Below, piece after piece: positions 1 through 10,267 of a stretch of 64,000 nucleotides of DNA. The position numbers and the translations under genes were made by a program. The notes beneath the pieces were generated by a model. That model did not search any database. It worked only from the letters and a program-made list of their open reading frames with translations, and was not told the origin of the DNA. Position 1 is the first letter of the stretch; the number at the start of each line of letters is the position of its first letter. Source of the DNA: Planctomycetota bacterium (GTDB lineage Bacteria > Planctomycetota > UBA11346); contig JADGDD010000003.1 of assembly GCA_016745075.1 (NCBI GenBank), positions 327,333 through 391,332 of the forward strand. The letters run 5' to 3'.

Positions 1-502
1 CTACAGGACTTTTCCCTTGTGGATCAAGGACCATAAGGGCTTTTTCAGAGGTAGTGCATGCTGCAATATCCAACACAGGGCCAATTATTGGCATCCAGGC
101 ACGGCGAGACTGCTTACACGCTTCTGCTGCTACTCGTTGAGCGCGCTCAAGGGTTGGCATGCGGCTTGCCCGTTCACAGGCTAGCGGGCTTATCTGACCA
201 ACTCCTAGCTCGGTGAGCGAGCGTACCATATCATCAAAGCGATTGCCCTTTGGTGGGGCAACCACCACGTGTATCTGTTCTGCGGCACTATGAGGTAATG
301 TGACAACCTTGGTCACGACGCATTGTAAGCTATGTCTTTCAACTGACTTAACAACAGCTTGGCCTCGGCACCCTGCACCATCAGCTAGATACAGTTGATC
401 GCCAGCACGTAAGCGCAGTACTGTACGACCATGACGAGCCTCATCCCCAGTCACTTCAACAGGGCCTTCATTAAGCGGAGCAGGAATCAGCAAGGTACGC
501 AT
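1..502 (-). CDS. rsmE: 16S rRNA m3U1498 methyltransferase RsmE, partial (runs off window start)
   Basis: Not in the ORF track. Manual translation from ATG at 502: MRTLLIPAPLNEGPVEVTGDEARHGRTVLRLRAGD...APPKGNRFDDMVRSLTELGV...AAEACKQSRR, matching the RsmE H..VLR, K..R....TELGV and EA..QS.R motifs. Confidence 0.9.
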   Translation of the reverse strand, partial: MRTLLIPAPLNEGPVEVTGDEARHGRTVLRLRAGDQLYLADGAGCRGQAVVKSVERHSLQCVVTKVVTLPHSAAEQIHVVVAPPKGNRFDDMVRSLTELGVGQISPLACERASRMPTLERAQRVAAEACKQSRRAWMPIIGPVLDIAACTTSEKALMVLDPQGKSPV

Positions 503-718
503 AGGGGAAAGAGCCTAGGGCTTTCTTCGTTTTGTCCACGGGCACCATTGTTCAATGATCCATGCGCAGATGCGTCATAAACAAGGTATATAGATGCGTT
601 CATGCAGCCATTGCTCTGTAAGATAGGAGCAAGCAGCGTGTTAACGATGCCGCTGGAATAGCAGGAAATAGGTCATGCTTGTGTTGGGAAATGATCAAAT
701 AAAATGAGAGGCAAAGAA

Positions 719-907
719 ATGGAGAATAGGTTTGTGGTAGAGAAATATACAAAGGGATTAGTAGTAGATGGGCTTCTATTGGCGCAAAAAACGCCAGTAT
801 TTTTCGAGCTGTCCTTCCACGTCGATGAAACAATGCGGCATGGAGAACATCTTCAGAAATATAGGCAAGGTATTGCAATGTGGTTAGAAAACGAGGGCAA
901 GATATGA
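719..907 (+). CDS. small hypothetical protein (~62 aa)
   Basis: GAGAGG upstream of ATG 719; its stop overlaps the rhomboid start (ATGA 904-907), suggesting translational coupling. Confidence 0.45.
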   Translation: MENRFVVEKYTKGLVVDGLLLAQKTPVFFELSFHVDETMRHGEHLQKYRQGIAMWLENEGKI

Positions 908-2004
908 TTATCCCTTATGGATCAGATGCTCCTGTTTATCATAGACCGTTGGGAACGATTGGTCTTATTCTTGTAAATGTGTTGGTTTTCTTCGCCGGTT
1001 ATGGTGAAGTGATGGATCACGGAGATGGGCTACATCCAATACAATGGGTTACGTCCATGTTTTCTCACATGGATATTCCTCATTTGGTAGGGAATATGAT
1101 TTTCTTGTGGGCTTTTGGTTTGATTGTGGAAGGGAAGATTGGTTCACTGCTTTTTCTTGCTGTGTACATGGCTATTGGAGTTGGCCAATCTTGTATAGAA
1201 CAAATATGTATGCTTGGTGCCAGTAGAGGAGGTTCACTTGGGGCATCGTCGGCTATATTTGGTATTATGGCATGTGCGTGGTTGTGGGCACCCAAAAACT
1301 TGATGGATGTTTTTGTCTTTATTTTTGTGTATATTAAAAAACATGAATGGCCAGTATGGGGTGTTTGTCTTTTTTTTATTGGCTGGGACGTGGCATCAGC
1401 CATATTAAGCGGTGGTGCAATGGGAACTTCAATGCTGCATGTTATGGGCGCTGTTATCGGTGCGGCTTGTGGGTATTATTTATTAACGCACGGTAAAGTT
1501 AACTGCGAAGGTTGGGATTTGTTGACCATCATGAAAAAAGGGAAGCCAGAATACCGGAAAGAAAAATCTGATGGAGAGCCATTGCCAGTAACCAATCGAG
1601 ATGATGACAGAGCGGCAACCATAGAAATTATGAAAGATTTACTGCAATGTGGTTATGTGGAACAAGCCTTACAGAGTTATCATACGTCTTGTCGCTGTTC
1701 TGGTAAGTGGGATTTGCCAGAACCTTTGCTCCGTCGTGTTGTTCAGCTATTAGTGCAGCACAAACAATGGGCAGAGGTCGAGCAGTGGGGTTCCTGTTAT
1801 GTAGAGCGGTATACTCATGCTGAAGTAGATGTGCGAATGAGCCTTGTGCAGGCAGCGATACAACAGGAACATCCTACGCGTGCACATCGTTATTTACAGA
1901 GTCTTAATGCCAATGACTTAGATGAAAAGCGTCAGAGAGTTTTTGCTTCGTTTGAGAAGGCTGTGGCTGCTTTATTTGCACGGGGAGTCATAGAGTTTGA
2001 GTAA
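904..2004 (+). CDS. rhomboid family intramembrane serine protease with C-terminal helical/TPR-like domain
   Basis: TSMFSH..H..GNM, GASSAIFG (catalytic Ser), HVMGAVIG (catalytic His), several TM segments; start placed at ATG 904. Confidence 0.88.
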   Translation: MIIPYGSDAPVYHRPLGTIGLILVNVLVFFAGYGEVMDHGDGLHPIQWVTSMFSHMDIPHLVGNMIFLWAFGLIVEGKIGSLLFLAVYMAIGVGQSCIEQICMLGASRGGSLGASSAIFGIMACAWLWAPKNLMDVFVFIFVYIKKHEWPVWGVCLFFIGWDVASAILSGGAMGTSMLHVMGAVIGAACGYYLLTHGKVNCEGWDLLTIMKKGKPEYRKEKSDGEPLPVTNRDDDRAATIEIMKDLLQCGYVEQALQSYHTSCRCSGKWDLPEPLLRRVVQLLVQHKQWAEVEQWGSCYVERYTHAEVDVRMSLVQAAIQQEHPTRAHRYLQSLNANDLDEKRQRVFASFEKAVAALFARGVIEFE

Positions 2005-2130
2005 TTGATAGCTGATTGTTGGCGCTTCTGAATGGATCCACATGCATGAAGGATTATGGCAGAAAAGTAGAGCTGTTTAGCGGTAAACCGCATGTGGACT
2101 TTATCAGGGGGGTCGTATTCTGCGGTTCTT

Positions 2131-3333
2131 ATGGTTGAAAAACAGTATAACATGCCAGACGCCCGTGGGCGATTTGGTCCCTATGGTGGTGCTTATGTCC
2201 CAGAGACCTTAGTGCCTGTACTTGATGAAATAACGAAGGCTTACAAGGCTGTGCGGCGAGACAAAGCGTTTCAACAAGAGTTCAAACACTTGTTGGAAAC
2301 CTATGTTGGTCGTCCAAGCCCACTGACTTTTGCCACGCGTTTATCAGAGCAATTTGGCCGTAAAATTTGGCTTAAACGAGAAGATCTTAATCATACCGGT
2401 GCGCACAAAATCAACAATGCACTTGGTCAAGTTTTGTTGGCGAAGCGTCTTGGCAAAAAACGAATTATTGCAGAAACAGGAGCTGGTCAGCATGGTGTAG
2501 CTACGGCCACAGCCTGTGCCCTGCTTGGTCTTGAATGCCATGTCTACATGGGCGCAGAAGATATGCGTCGCCAGCAGCCGAATGTATACCGTATGCGTCT
2601 ACTTGGTGCAGAGTGTATTCGTGTTGATGCTGGCACGGCTACCCTGAAAGATGCTATCAATGAAGCCCTGCGCGATTGGGTCACAAATGTTGAAGATACG
2701 CATTACATCATTGGTTCAGCGCTTGGTCCGCATCCTTACCCAATGATGGTTCGAGATTTCCAAAGTGTTATTGGTAAAGAAGCGCGTAAGCAAATTCTAA
2801 AGAGTGAAGGCGTGTTGCCAGACCTTATTGTTGCTTGTGTTGGCGGTGGTTCTAACGCTATTGGTATTTTTCACCCATTTATTAAAGACAAAGATGTACG
2901 TCTTGTTGGTGTGGAAGCTGGGGGCCGTGGTTCAGATCTTGGTGACCATGCGGCTCGCTTTGAAGGTGGTCGATTAGGCGTGTTCCAAGGAACTTCAAGT
3001 TGGGTGCTCCAAAATGAAGATGGTCAAATAACTGGAACCCATTCTGTTTCAGCGGGGTTGGATTACGCCTCTATTGGACCAGAGCATGCCTGGTTGCGTG
3101 ATCTTGGCCGAGCAGAGTACATGTCTTGTCGTGATGATCAGGCTATTGCGGGCCTACATCTTGTAGCAGAAAAAGAAGGCATTATCCCAGCATTGGAAAG
3201 CGCGCATGCATTTGGTGCTTTGCCAGAGTTAGTTGAATCTGTACCAGAGGGTGGTGTCATTATTGTAAATGTATCTGGCCGTGGTGATAAAGATGTTGCA
3301 GAAGTAGCTCGTTATGAAGGGGTTCAGCTATGA
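2131..3333 (+). CDS. trpB: tryptophan synthase beta chain
   Basis: [23 protein letters not shown] (PLP Lys), [24 protein letters not shown]. Confidence 0.98.
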   Translation: MVEKQYNMPDARGRFGPYGGAYVPETLVPVLDEITKAYKAVRRDKAFQQEFKHLLETYVGRPSPLTFATRLSEQFGRKIWLKREDLNHTGAHKINNALGQVLLAKRLGKKRIIAETGAGQHGVATATACALLGLECHVYMGAEDMRRQQPNVYRMRLLGAECIRVDAGTATLKDAINEALRDWVTNVEDTHYIIGSALGPHPYPMMVRDFQSVIGKEARKQILKSEGVLPDLIVACVGGGSNAIGIFHPFIKDKDVRLVGVEAGGRGSDLGDHAARFEGGRLGVFQGTSSWVLQNEDGQITGTHSVSAGLDYASIGPEHAWLRDLGRAEYMSCRDDQAIAGLHLVAEKEGIIPALESAHAFGALPELVESVPEGGVIIVNVSGRGDKDVAEVARYEGVQL

Positions 3334-4142
3334 GTAACAAAGAAAACCGGATAAAAAAAACTTTTAAAGCACTACACAAAGAAAATAAAAAAGCATTTAT
3401 CGCGTACATAGGTGCTGGTGATCCGCATTTAGATGCAACGGTTGAGATGGTATGCGCTATGGCGGAACAAGGCGTAGATATTATTGAATTAGGGGTTCCT
3501 TTTTCAGACCCAATGGCAGATGGCAAAGCGAATCAAGCAGCGGCTGAACGTGGGTTAGCATCTGGTACAACCTTGCGTGGTGTTTTGGAGGCTGTTCGTC
3601 GCATTCGTGAACGTTGTCAGATTCCCATTTTGTTTTTTACCTACTTAAACCCAATTCTGGCTTATGGTGCAGAACAATTTGCTCAAGATGCGGTAGAAGC
3701 AGGAGTAGATGGTTTATTGCCACTTGATTTGCCACCAGAAGAAGATCCGACTTTCTTGAAAGTCATGAAACAAGCCGGTTTAGCAACGGTTCATTTGGCG
3801 GCACCTAATAGCACCGTAGATCGCCGCCAAACATTAGCGAAACGTAGCCGTGGTTTCTTGTACTATGTTTGTCGTCTTGGGGTAACCGGTGAGCGCACTA
3901 GTTTGCCAGAAGATTTGGCGGAGCAGGTTGCTTCTCTAAAAACGAGCGCTTCTATTCCAGTGTGCATTGGCTTTGGTATTTCAACACCAGAACAAGCTGC
4001 TCTAGCCGCATCAGCGGGAGACGGCGTTATTGTTGGCTCACACTTGGTGAATATTATTGCAGAGAATGGCAGCAACCCAGATTTGGTGACACTTGTTGCC
4101 AACCGAGCAGGTGAACTTGCAGCCGCAGTTCACGGAGTCTAG
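3330..4142 (+). CDS. trpA: tryptophan synthase alpha chain
   Basis: [30 protein letters not shown]; ATGA overlap with trpB. Confidence 0.97.
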   Translation: MSNKENRIKKTFKALHKENKKAFIAYIGAGDPHLDATVEMVCAMAEQGVDIIELGVPFSDPMADGKANQAAAERGLASGTTLRGVLEAVRRIRERCQIPILFFTYLNPILAYGAEQFAQDAVEAGVDGLLPLDLPPEEDPTFLKVMKQAGLATVHLAAPNSTVDRRQTLAKRSRGFLYYVCRLGVTGERTSLPEDLAEQVASLKTSASIPVCIGFGISTPEQAALAASAGDGVIVGSHLVNIIAENGSNPDLVTLVANRAGELAAAVHGV

Positions 4143-4148
4143 CTGACC

Positions 4149-5006
4149 ATGATTGATAGTGACGGCCTCCTACATACAGATACGCCTATGGGTCTTGGTG
4201 ATCACCTAGACGAGTTACGTAAATGTTTGGTATGGGTGGTTATCGCTTTTACCATTGCTTTTTTTGTTGGTTTCATATTTCATGCTGAATTAAAAGAACT
4301 CATGGTGCAACCCCTGCTTACCGCTATTAGTATGTGTAGCGATGAGATGCTTGAACAAGTCAATATTAACAGACCTACAGACGGCCGCTCTAATGTGTTG
4401 TTTCCGCTTGGTTTGCAGGAAGCAACTATGTCATCGATGCGGGTGTCTATGTATGCTGCCTTCGCTTTTATTGTACCATTTATTACTTTTCAGCTGTGGA
4501 AATTTGTTAGCCCTGCTTTGCGTGGGGAAGAACGTCATCTTGGTTTTCTTTTTATTCCAACAGCGGTTCTCTTTTTCTACAGTGGTGTAGTGTTGGGGTA
4601 CATGTTTGGTATTCCTACTTTATTCTATTGGCTTATTAGTTGGGCAGGTAATGACCCGACCATTAATTTACAGCAAGGTTTTGCCCAGTCACAATATTTC
4701 TCTTTTTTCTTTACGATGACTATTGCCTTTGGTTTATTGCTAGATATCCCGTGGTTAATTCTCGTGCTTATTCGTGTTGGTTTGGTTACTGCCAAGCAGA
4801 TTGCGGCTAAGCGTCGGATTATTATTGCTATAGCTATTGTACTTGCCGCGATTCTTACACCACCAGATATCTTCACTCAACTTATTATGTTTGCACTTAT
4901 CATGAGTTTGTTTGAATCTGGTTTATTGGCAGCTCGCATTTTGTACGGTAACAAAAATTTCAAACGTACGTCCGCACCCATTTCCCGAGAAGACGGTGAG
5001 GTATAG
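4149..5006 (+). CDS. tatC: twin-arginine translocase subunit TatC
   Basis: DHLDELR, QLWKFVSPAL...E, AAILTPPD; six hydrophobic segments. Confidence 0.93.
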   Translation: MIDSDGLLHTDTPMGLGDHLDELRKCLVWVVIAFTIAFFVGFIFHAELKELMVQPLLTAISMCSDEMLEQVNINRPTDGRSNVLFPLGLQEATMSSMRVSMYAAFAFIVPFITFQLWKFVSPALRGEERHLGFLFIPTAVLFFYSGVVLGYMFGIPTLFYWLISWAGNDPTINLQQGFAQSQYFSFFFTMTIAFGLLLDIPWLILVLIRVGLVTAKQIAAKRRIIIAIAIVLAAILTPPDIFTQLIMFALIMSLFESGLLAARILYGNKNFKRTSAPISREDGEV

Positions 5007-6164
5007 ATGACACTTGATGATCATGGTGTGAAGAAACCCATCGTTGTTATTAAGTTAGGATCGAATGCCTTACTTGATGAGCGCGGTCATTTAAATACAT
5101 CTTTTTTACAACAGGTCTCAGAACAAATTACTGAAGCTATAAAGCAAGGGTGGCAACCAGTATTGGTTTCATCTGGGGCAGTTGCTTGTGGTATGGATTC
5201 ACTCGGTTTCCATACATCTCCAAGTAGTATTCCAGACAGACAGGCCCTAGCGGCTGTTGGGCAAACGGCCTTGGTTGCCCATTGGCAGGCTGCACTTGGA
5301 CAGCATCATTTGCAAGCAGCCCAGATGTTATTAACCGCGGATGATTTTACCGACCGTGCTCGTTATCTGAACGTGACTGCTGCTATTCGTACCTTGTTCA
5401 GTTATGGTATTATTCCGCTTATTAATGAAAATGATACCGTTGCGATTAAAGAACTCACCTTGGGTGATAATGACTATCTTTCTGCTGTGGTTGCGAGTCA
5501 ATTGAGTGCACAGAAGCTTATTATCCTGACCGATATTGATGGCGTGTATGACGACGATCCACGTACTAATACACAAGCGCAATTAATTCCGTATATTAAA
5601 TCTGTGACCAATGCCATGTTGAAAAAAGCAGGCGGTGCTGGAAAGGTTGGGCGTGGTGGTATGCGCTCTAAATTACTGGCTGCGCGTTTAGCAACAGGAG
5701 CTGGCGTGGAAACAACTATCGCAGAAGCACAATGTTCGCAGGTTATTGTGCGGGCATTAGCTGCGGTTGGTGTTGATGAACAACAAGCAGAACGTGTTGG
5801 TACTACGGTGCGTGCTCAGAAAAATAAACAAGGTAATGGTCGTCGTCGTTGGTTGGCACTTCATCGTAGTGCTAAAGGAACGGTTACTGTAGATGATGGT
5901 GCTACCCGTGCTTTGAGACAAGAGGGTTCTAGTTTATTGCCAGTGGGTATTATTGCTGTGGATGGTCGTTTTAGCCGAGGCGATACGGTTGCTATTTGCG
6001 ATGCGAATGGTAAAGAAATAGCTCGCGGTTTAAGTGGTTTTGCGGCAGAAGAATTGAGCCAAATTAAAGGCCAGCGGATGGAGCAAGCTCGGGAAACTCT
6101 CGGTCATGATCTCCCTAAAGCAGCAGTGCATAGAGATAATCTGCTGATACATGATGCATTGTAA
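5007..6164 (+). CDS. proB: glutamate 5-kinase with PUA domain
   Basis: VIKLGS, LVSSGAVACG, QALAAVGQ, PLINENDTV, GDND.LSA, GGMRSKL, C-terminal VDDGA..AL....SLLPVG PUA domain. Confidence 0.96.
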   Translation: MTLDDHGVKKPIVVIKLGSNALLDERGHLNTSFLQQVSEQITEAIKQGWQPVLVSSGAVACGMDSLGFHTSPSSIPDRQALAAVGQTALVAHWQAALGQHHLQAAQMLLTADDFTDRARYLNVTAAIRTLFSYGIIPLINENDTVAIKELTLGDNDYLSAVVASQLSAQKLIILTDIDGVYDDDPRTNTQAQLIPYIKSVTNAMLKKAGGAGKVGRGGMRSKLLAARLATGAGVETTIAEAQCSQVIVRALAAVGVDEQQAERVGTTVRAQKNKQGNGRRRWLALHRSAKGTVTVDDGATRALRQEGSSLLPVGIIAVDGRFSRGDTVAICDANGKEIARGLSGFAAEELSQIKGQRMEQARETLGHDLPKAAVHRDNLLIHDAL

Positions 6165-6177
6165 GGCTGTTCCTATA

Positions 6178-7506
6178 TCACTTGAGGGGAAGGTTCAGCT
6201 GGAAAGTAGCGCCATGTCCGGGGCCGTCACTCTTAGCAGAAAGCTTCCCGTTCAGTTGTTCTGCTAGAATTGCGCAGTCATGTAAGCCAAAGCCAGATCC
6301 ACTCTCATGGGTAGTGAATCCATGATGAAAGATGGAAAGCATGTGCTCTTCGGAAATACCACAGCCATTGTCTGTAATGGCAATATAGATCATGTTTGTA
6401 TCATCTTGCTTGCAATAAATTTTGATGTTTTTTTTGCTGTTATGAGTGGCAACACTACAAGCACGAATAGCATTGCTAATAATATTAGAGAGTATTTGAA
6501 TGACTTTATGTTTATCTGTTTCTATGGTGATGTCGGGGTAATCCACTTCTAGATGAATGTTATAACTGTTTAAATCGGGTTTGTTCATTTCAATGGAAAA
6601 GGTAATGAGTTCTTTCAAACTATGTATTCTGACCAATAAAGAATGTCCGGCAATTTCTCTATATCGATTGGTAATTGCTTCTATGTGTTGGAAGGTTTCG
6701 AGATTTTTGATACTGTGCTGTTCAATTTCAGAAAACTTTTCTTGTAAAAATATATTTAATTTATTGAGGTATGGTGGCAGAAGTTGCCCTTTATCTGAGG
6801 AAAGAAATGCTGGCATATCATCACGGTGCTCCTCCAGTAATTGAAGCAAGTTGCTCAGTTGAGGTGATGCATTGTCATGAACAAGGTTGAGTAAACAATG
6901 AGAGGCAACACAACCACTGGTAAGAACATTGCCAATGTTATGTAGAATATTTTCAGCAATGTCAGCTTGACCTGCTTTACGAGAAGTATCTAACATTTCT
7001 TTTTGTAGCAGTGCTTTTTCTTTCATTTCCTGTTCTAGCTGAAGGTTTAATTGTACTAAGGCTTGGCGTTGTTCGGTTGTTTGTTGAAGAGCATTTTCTA
7101 CGTCTGTGCGAGCTTGAGCTAGTTGGAGTTGTACTTGTACGCGAGCGAGAACCTCTTCGTACAAAAACGGTTTAGTGACATAATCAATGCCACCAGCTTT
7201 GAATCCGGCCACTCTGTTTGCTTCTGTATCTTGGGCTGTAAGGAACAGGACGGGAATTGCTTGTGTAACGGGATCTGCTTTCAGGAGTTTACAAACTTCA
7301 AAACCATTGATGCCGGGCGGCATCAAAACATCTAACAGAATGAGATCTGGTAATAATCGATGTGCTTTTTTAAGACAGTTATCACCAGAGCGAGAAATAA
7401 TAATTTCATAATGAGTGTTGTTGGCCAATAACTCCGAAAGCACCATGAGATTTTCACGGTTGTCATCAACAATCAAAATGCGTTTTTGTGATTGAGTAGA
7501 GGTCAT
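6178..7506 (-). CDS. response-regulator receiver fused to histidine kinase
   Basis: ILIVDD, DLILLDVLMP, DYVTKPF; H-box ENILHNIGN; NIISNA, DNGCG, GSGFGL. Confidence 0.9.
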   Translation of the reverse strand: MTSTQSQKRILIVDDNRENLMVLSELLANNTHYEIIISRSGDNCLKKAHRLLPDLILLDVLMPPGINGFEVCKLLKADPVTQAIPVLFLTAQDTEANRVAGFKAGGIDYVTKPFLYEEVLARVQVQLQLAQARTDVENALQQTTEQRQALVQLNLQLEQEMKEKALLQKEMLDTSRKAGQADIAENILHNIGNVLTSGCVASHCLLNLVHDNASPQLSNLLQLLEEHRDDMPAFLSSDKGQLLPPYLNKLNIFLQEKFSEIEQHSIKNLETFQHIEAITNRYREIAGHSLLVRIHSLKELITFSIEMNKPDLNSYNIHLEVDYPDITIETDKHKVIQILSNIISNAIRACSVATHNSKKNIKIYCKQDDTNMIYIAITDNGCGISEEHMLSIFHHGFTTHESGSGFGLHDCAILAEQLNGKLSAKSDGPGHGATFQLNLPLK

Positions 7507-9950
7507 TGTTCTTTTTCTTCGTATTGGGAGAGGTATTCGAGAAGCTTTTCATCATCGCATTGGCGAGCATATTGTAAAATATGTTGCGCGAAGAGCTGAC
7601 AAGAAGAGTCAGTGCTTATTTCCTGTTCTGCCCATTGTTGAACAGAACGTAAACGACCATCTTCTGTTTGAGTAGCTAATTCAATGAGTATATCCTGTGA
7701 AGGTGGCGTAGTGTCATGTAGCATCAATGGAACTGTTGTGTCGTTATAAGACCATTCAAGCGTAAGTAGTTTTTGAATATGGATAAGCAGTACATCAATA
7801 TTGAGTGGTTTGCCCAGAAAAACATTAGCACCAGATTCGGAAATACGGTGGCGCTGTTCGTTTTGAATATTTGCCGATAGTAGAATTACAGGTAATGTTT
7901 TCAAAGACAATTGATGACGAATAGCGTCTGTAGCTTCAAGGCCATCCATAACAGGCATGCACATATCCATAATAACGAGGTCAATATGTTGATGCGCAAG
8001 AATATCTAGTGCATCTTGTCCTGTTTCAGCTTCAGTGATATTGAAGCCTAGCGGTTCTAGTAATGCTGTTATCACTTGGCGATTGGTTTGGTTGTCATCA
8101 ACAACGAGTATGGACTGACGTGTGCCGAGATAACCTACAATTTCACATCGCTTTTTTGGGTCCTGTGTTTGCTTGTTTACGGGGGTGGTAATGGTAAAAG
8201 GTATTTCCATCCAAAAGGTTGAACCAACATTAAGGATGCTGTCTACACCAATGTGTCCACCCATTAAGTGAACAATCTGTTGTGTAATGGCGAGCCCAAG
8301 GCCTGTTCCTTCGCTTCGTTTTTTTAGTGCTCCAACTTGTTCAAAAGAACGAAAAATGCGAGTAAATTCTTCTTCTGGTATTCCGAGGCCAGTATCACTT
8401 ATTTCAAAGCGTAAGCTTTGTTGGTGTTCATGAGTGGGGATGTTTTGGGCTGTACTTACACGCAGACGCACTTCTCCTGTCTCTGTAAATTTTACGGCGT
8501 TGCCCAATAGATTAAGTAAAGATTGGCGCAGGCGGGTAACATCAGCACTATAACCAATTTCTAGCAAATTTGGCTCGGGGATATCCAGATGGAATTCAAT
8601 CCCTTTTTCAGTGGAAGGGACTTCAATGATTGCTTGTACTGTATTCAATAATTCACGCAGAGAGAACGGTTCTGAAATAAATTCGAGTTTATTGGCTTCA
8701 ACTTTTGCTAAATCTAGGATGTCATTAATTAAAGTAAGGAGGTGCTCGCCGCTTTGCCGTATAACTTGAAGACCATTTTTTGTGCGTGCATCTAAGGCAG
8801 AATCTGTTTGTAGAATTTGTGTGTACCCAAGAATACCATTGAGTGGTGTACGCAATTCGTGGCTCATATTAGAGAGGAAGTCACTTTTTGCTTTATTGGC
8901 TTTTTCTGCTTCTTCCTTTGCTGTGATGAGCCGATGTTCAAGTTCTTTACGTTTAGTTATATCTTCACCAACCCCACGAAAACCATCGACTTTCCCAGTG
9001 ATGCCAAATATAGGCAAAGCCCGTAAGGAAATCCATTTTGCTACACTGCCTTCACGTGGAGCTATAAGGCATTCAAGTTCAGTATTGGCAGCAGTTCCAT
9101 TTTCTAATTGTTGAAACGCTTTGGATACACGCTGTTGATGGCTGGGGTGGATGAAGTATTCTATTTTCTTACCATGCAGATTTCCTTCTCCACCAAGCAT
9201 GTCTGATAACTGAGAGGTATAGAATGTGATATTGAAAAAACGGTCAGTTTCCCATATGAATTCACCGACGGTATCAATAACATCCATGAATCGTTTTTGA
9301 TTTTCTTTAAATGCTTTATTTAATAATTTAACACTATCGTCACCATTTTTTCCCTGATTAATTTCGAGAAGTTCGTCCTCAAGTGTACGGTGAGACGGTT
9401 GAATGTTATAGGTAACGACATGTTGACCAGCTTCGTTTGTCTTAAGTGAAACGATTGTTGTTCGGCAGTTGGTTTCAAAAGCATAACTAAACATGCCCGA
9501 CAGTTTTCCGTTAATGAAAGGGGTGTTTTCTTGAAGGTTTTCGGCTTCAAAAATATGAAGCTCCCAAGGGCGCGTATAGGTAATTTGCGCTTCTTTTTTC
9601 TCGTGATCAATAGAGTCAATATTCATAACGCCCCAGCCAAAACGGGCTGTAGCACGGCCCCAATTAGAGAGCCCTTCTTTAAAATTTGATCCGTGGGTTG
9701 TGATTATTGTATGGTAATCTTCATAGGTGCCTTTGGCCGCCTCGTAAGCAATGCTATAAAAAAAAAGTTGTGCCCCAAGCTCTTCTCGCAAGGGGTTTAA
9801 GAGCGATTTCATTGATGGACTCAGCCAGAACAATGCGATAGGTATTCCCATAAATAGCCATTGTCCATCTTCCGTCCATTCTAGGCTGATTCCGGGATCT
9901 GGTTCGAATACACGGGGAGTGAATGGTTCAAATCCCATAGGGTGCTCCAT
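7503..9950 (-). CDS. hybrid sensor histidine kinase (V4R-like N-terminus, PAS, HisKA, HATPase, REC)
   Basis: FLSNMSHELRTPLNG, NLLGNAVKFT, DTGLG, GTGLGL; REC ILVVDD..MDMCMP; PAS WETD...GEDIT; N-terminal GWG and F..GKLSG pattern resembles V4R. Confidence 0.9.
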   Translation of the reverse strand: MEHPMGFEPFTPRVFEPDPGISLEWTEDGQWLFMGIPIALFWLSPSMKSLLNPLREELGAQLFFYSIAYEAAKGTYEDYHTIITTHGSNFKEGLSNWGRATARFGWGVMNIDSIDHEKKEAQITYTRPWELHIFEAENLQENTPFINGKLSGMFSYAFETNCRTTIVSLKTNEAGQHVVTYNIQPSHRTLEDELLEINQGKNGDDSVKLLNKAFKENQKRFMDVIDTVGEFIWETDRFFNITFYTSQLSDMLGGEGNLHGKKIEYFIHPSHQQRVSKAFQQLENGTAANTELECLIAPREGSVAKWISLRALPIFGITGKVDGFRGVGEDITKRKELEHRLITAKEEAEKANKAKSDFLSNMSHELRTPLNGILGYTQILQTDSALDARTKNGLQVIRQSGEHLLTLINDILDLAKVEANKLEFISEPFSLRELLNTVQAIIEVPSTEKGIEFHLDIPEPNLLEIGYSADVTRLRQSLLNLLGNAVKFTETGEVRLRVSTAQNIPTHEHQQSLRFEISDTGLGIPEEEFTRIFRSFEQVGALKKRSEGTGLGLAITQQIVHLMGGHIGVDSILNVGSTFWMEIPFTITTPVNKQTQDPKKRCEIVGYLGTRQSILVVDDNQTNRQVITALLEPLGFNITEAETGQDALDILAHQHIDLVIMDMCMPVMDGLEATDAIRHQLSLKTLPVILLSANIQNEQRHRISESGANVFLGKPLNIDVLLIHIQKLLTLEWSYNDTTVPLMLHDTTPPSQDILIELATQTEDGRLRSVQQWAEQEISTDSSCQLFAQHILQYARQCDDEKLLEYLSQYEEKEQ

Positions 9951-10267
9951 TTTATATCAGTAGTGCTACTCTGAGAAACGAGTATCCTCCGTAAGTGTTC
10001 CAAAGGCAAGGAGTAGATCTGTATTTTTTGCTGATTTGTAGAGCGGAGCAGTGAAACTAGATCCATAGGATGGAGGATTCACGACTGGTGCAATGGGTTC
10101 GGATGTTATTTTAGTGCAATGTTTTCATTCTTCATTTGCATAAATGAAATAGCAAAGATGTATGCGTTTTATAGAAATGCCCGTATCTGATAATAATCAG
10201 TAGTACCGTGGTGTTGCTTATGTATCATCAACCGATTGTGCAAAAATGCGAAGCAAGGGAGTATCCT

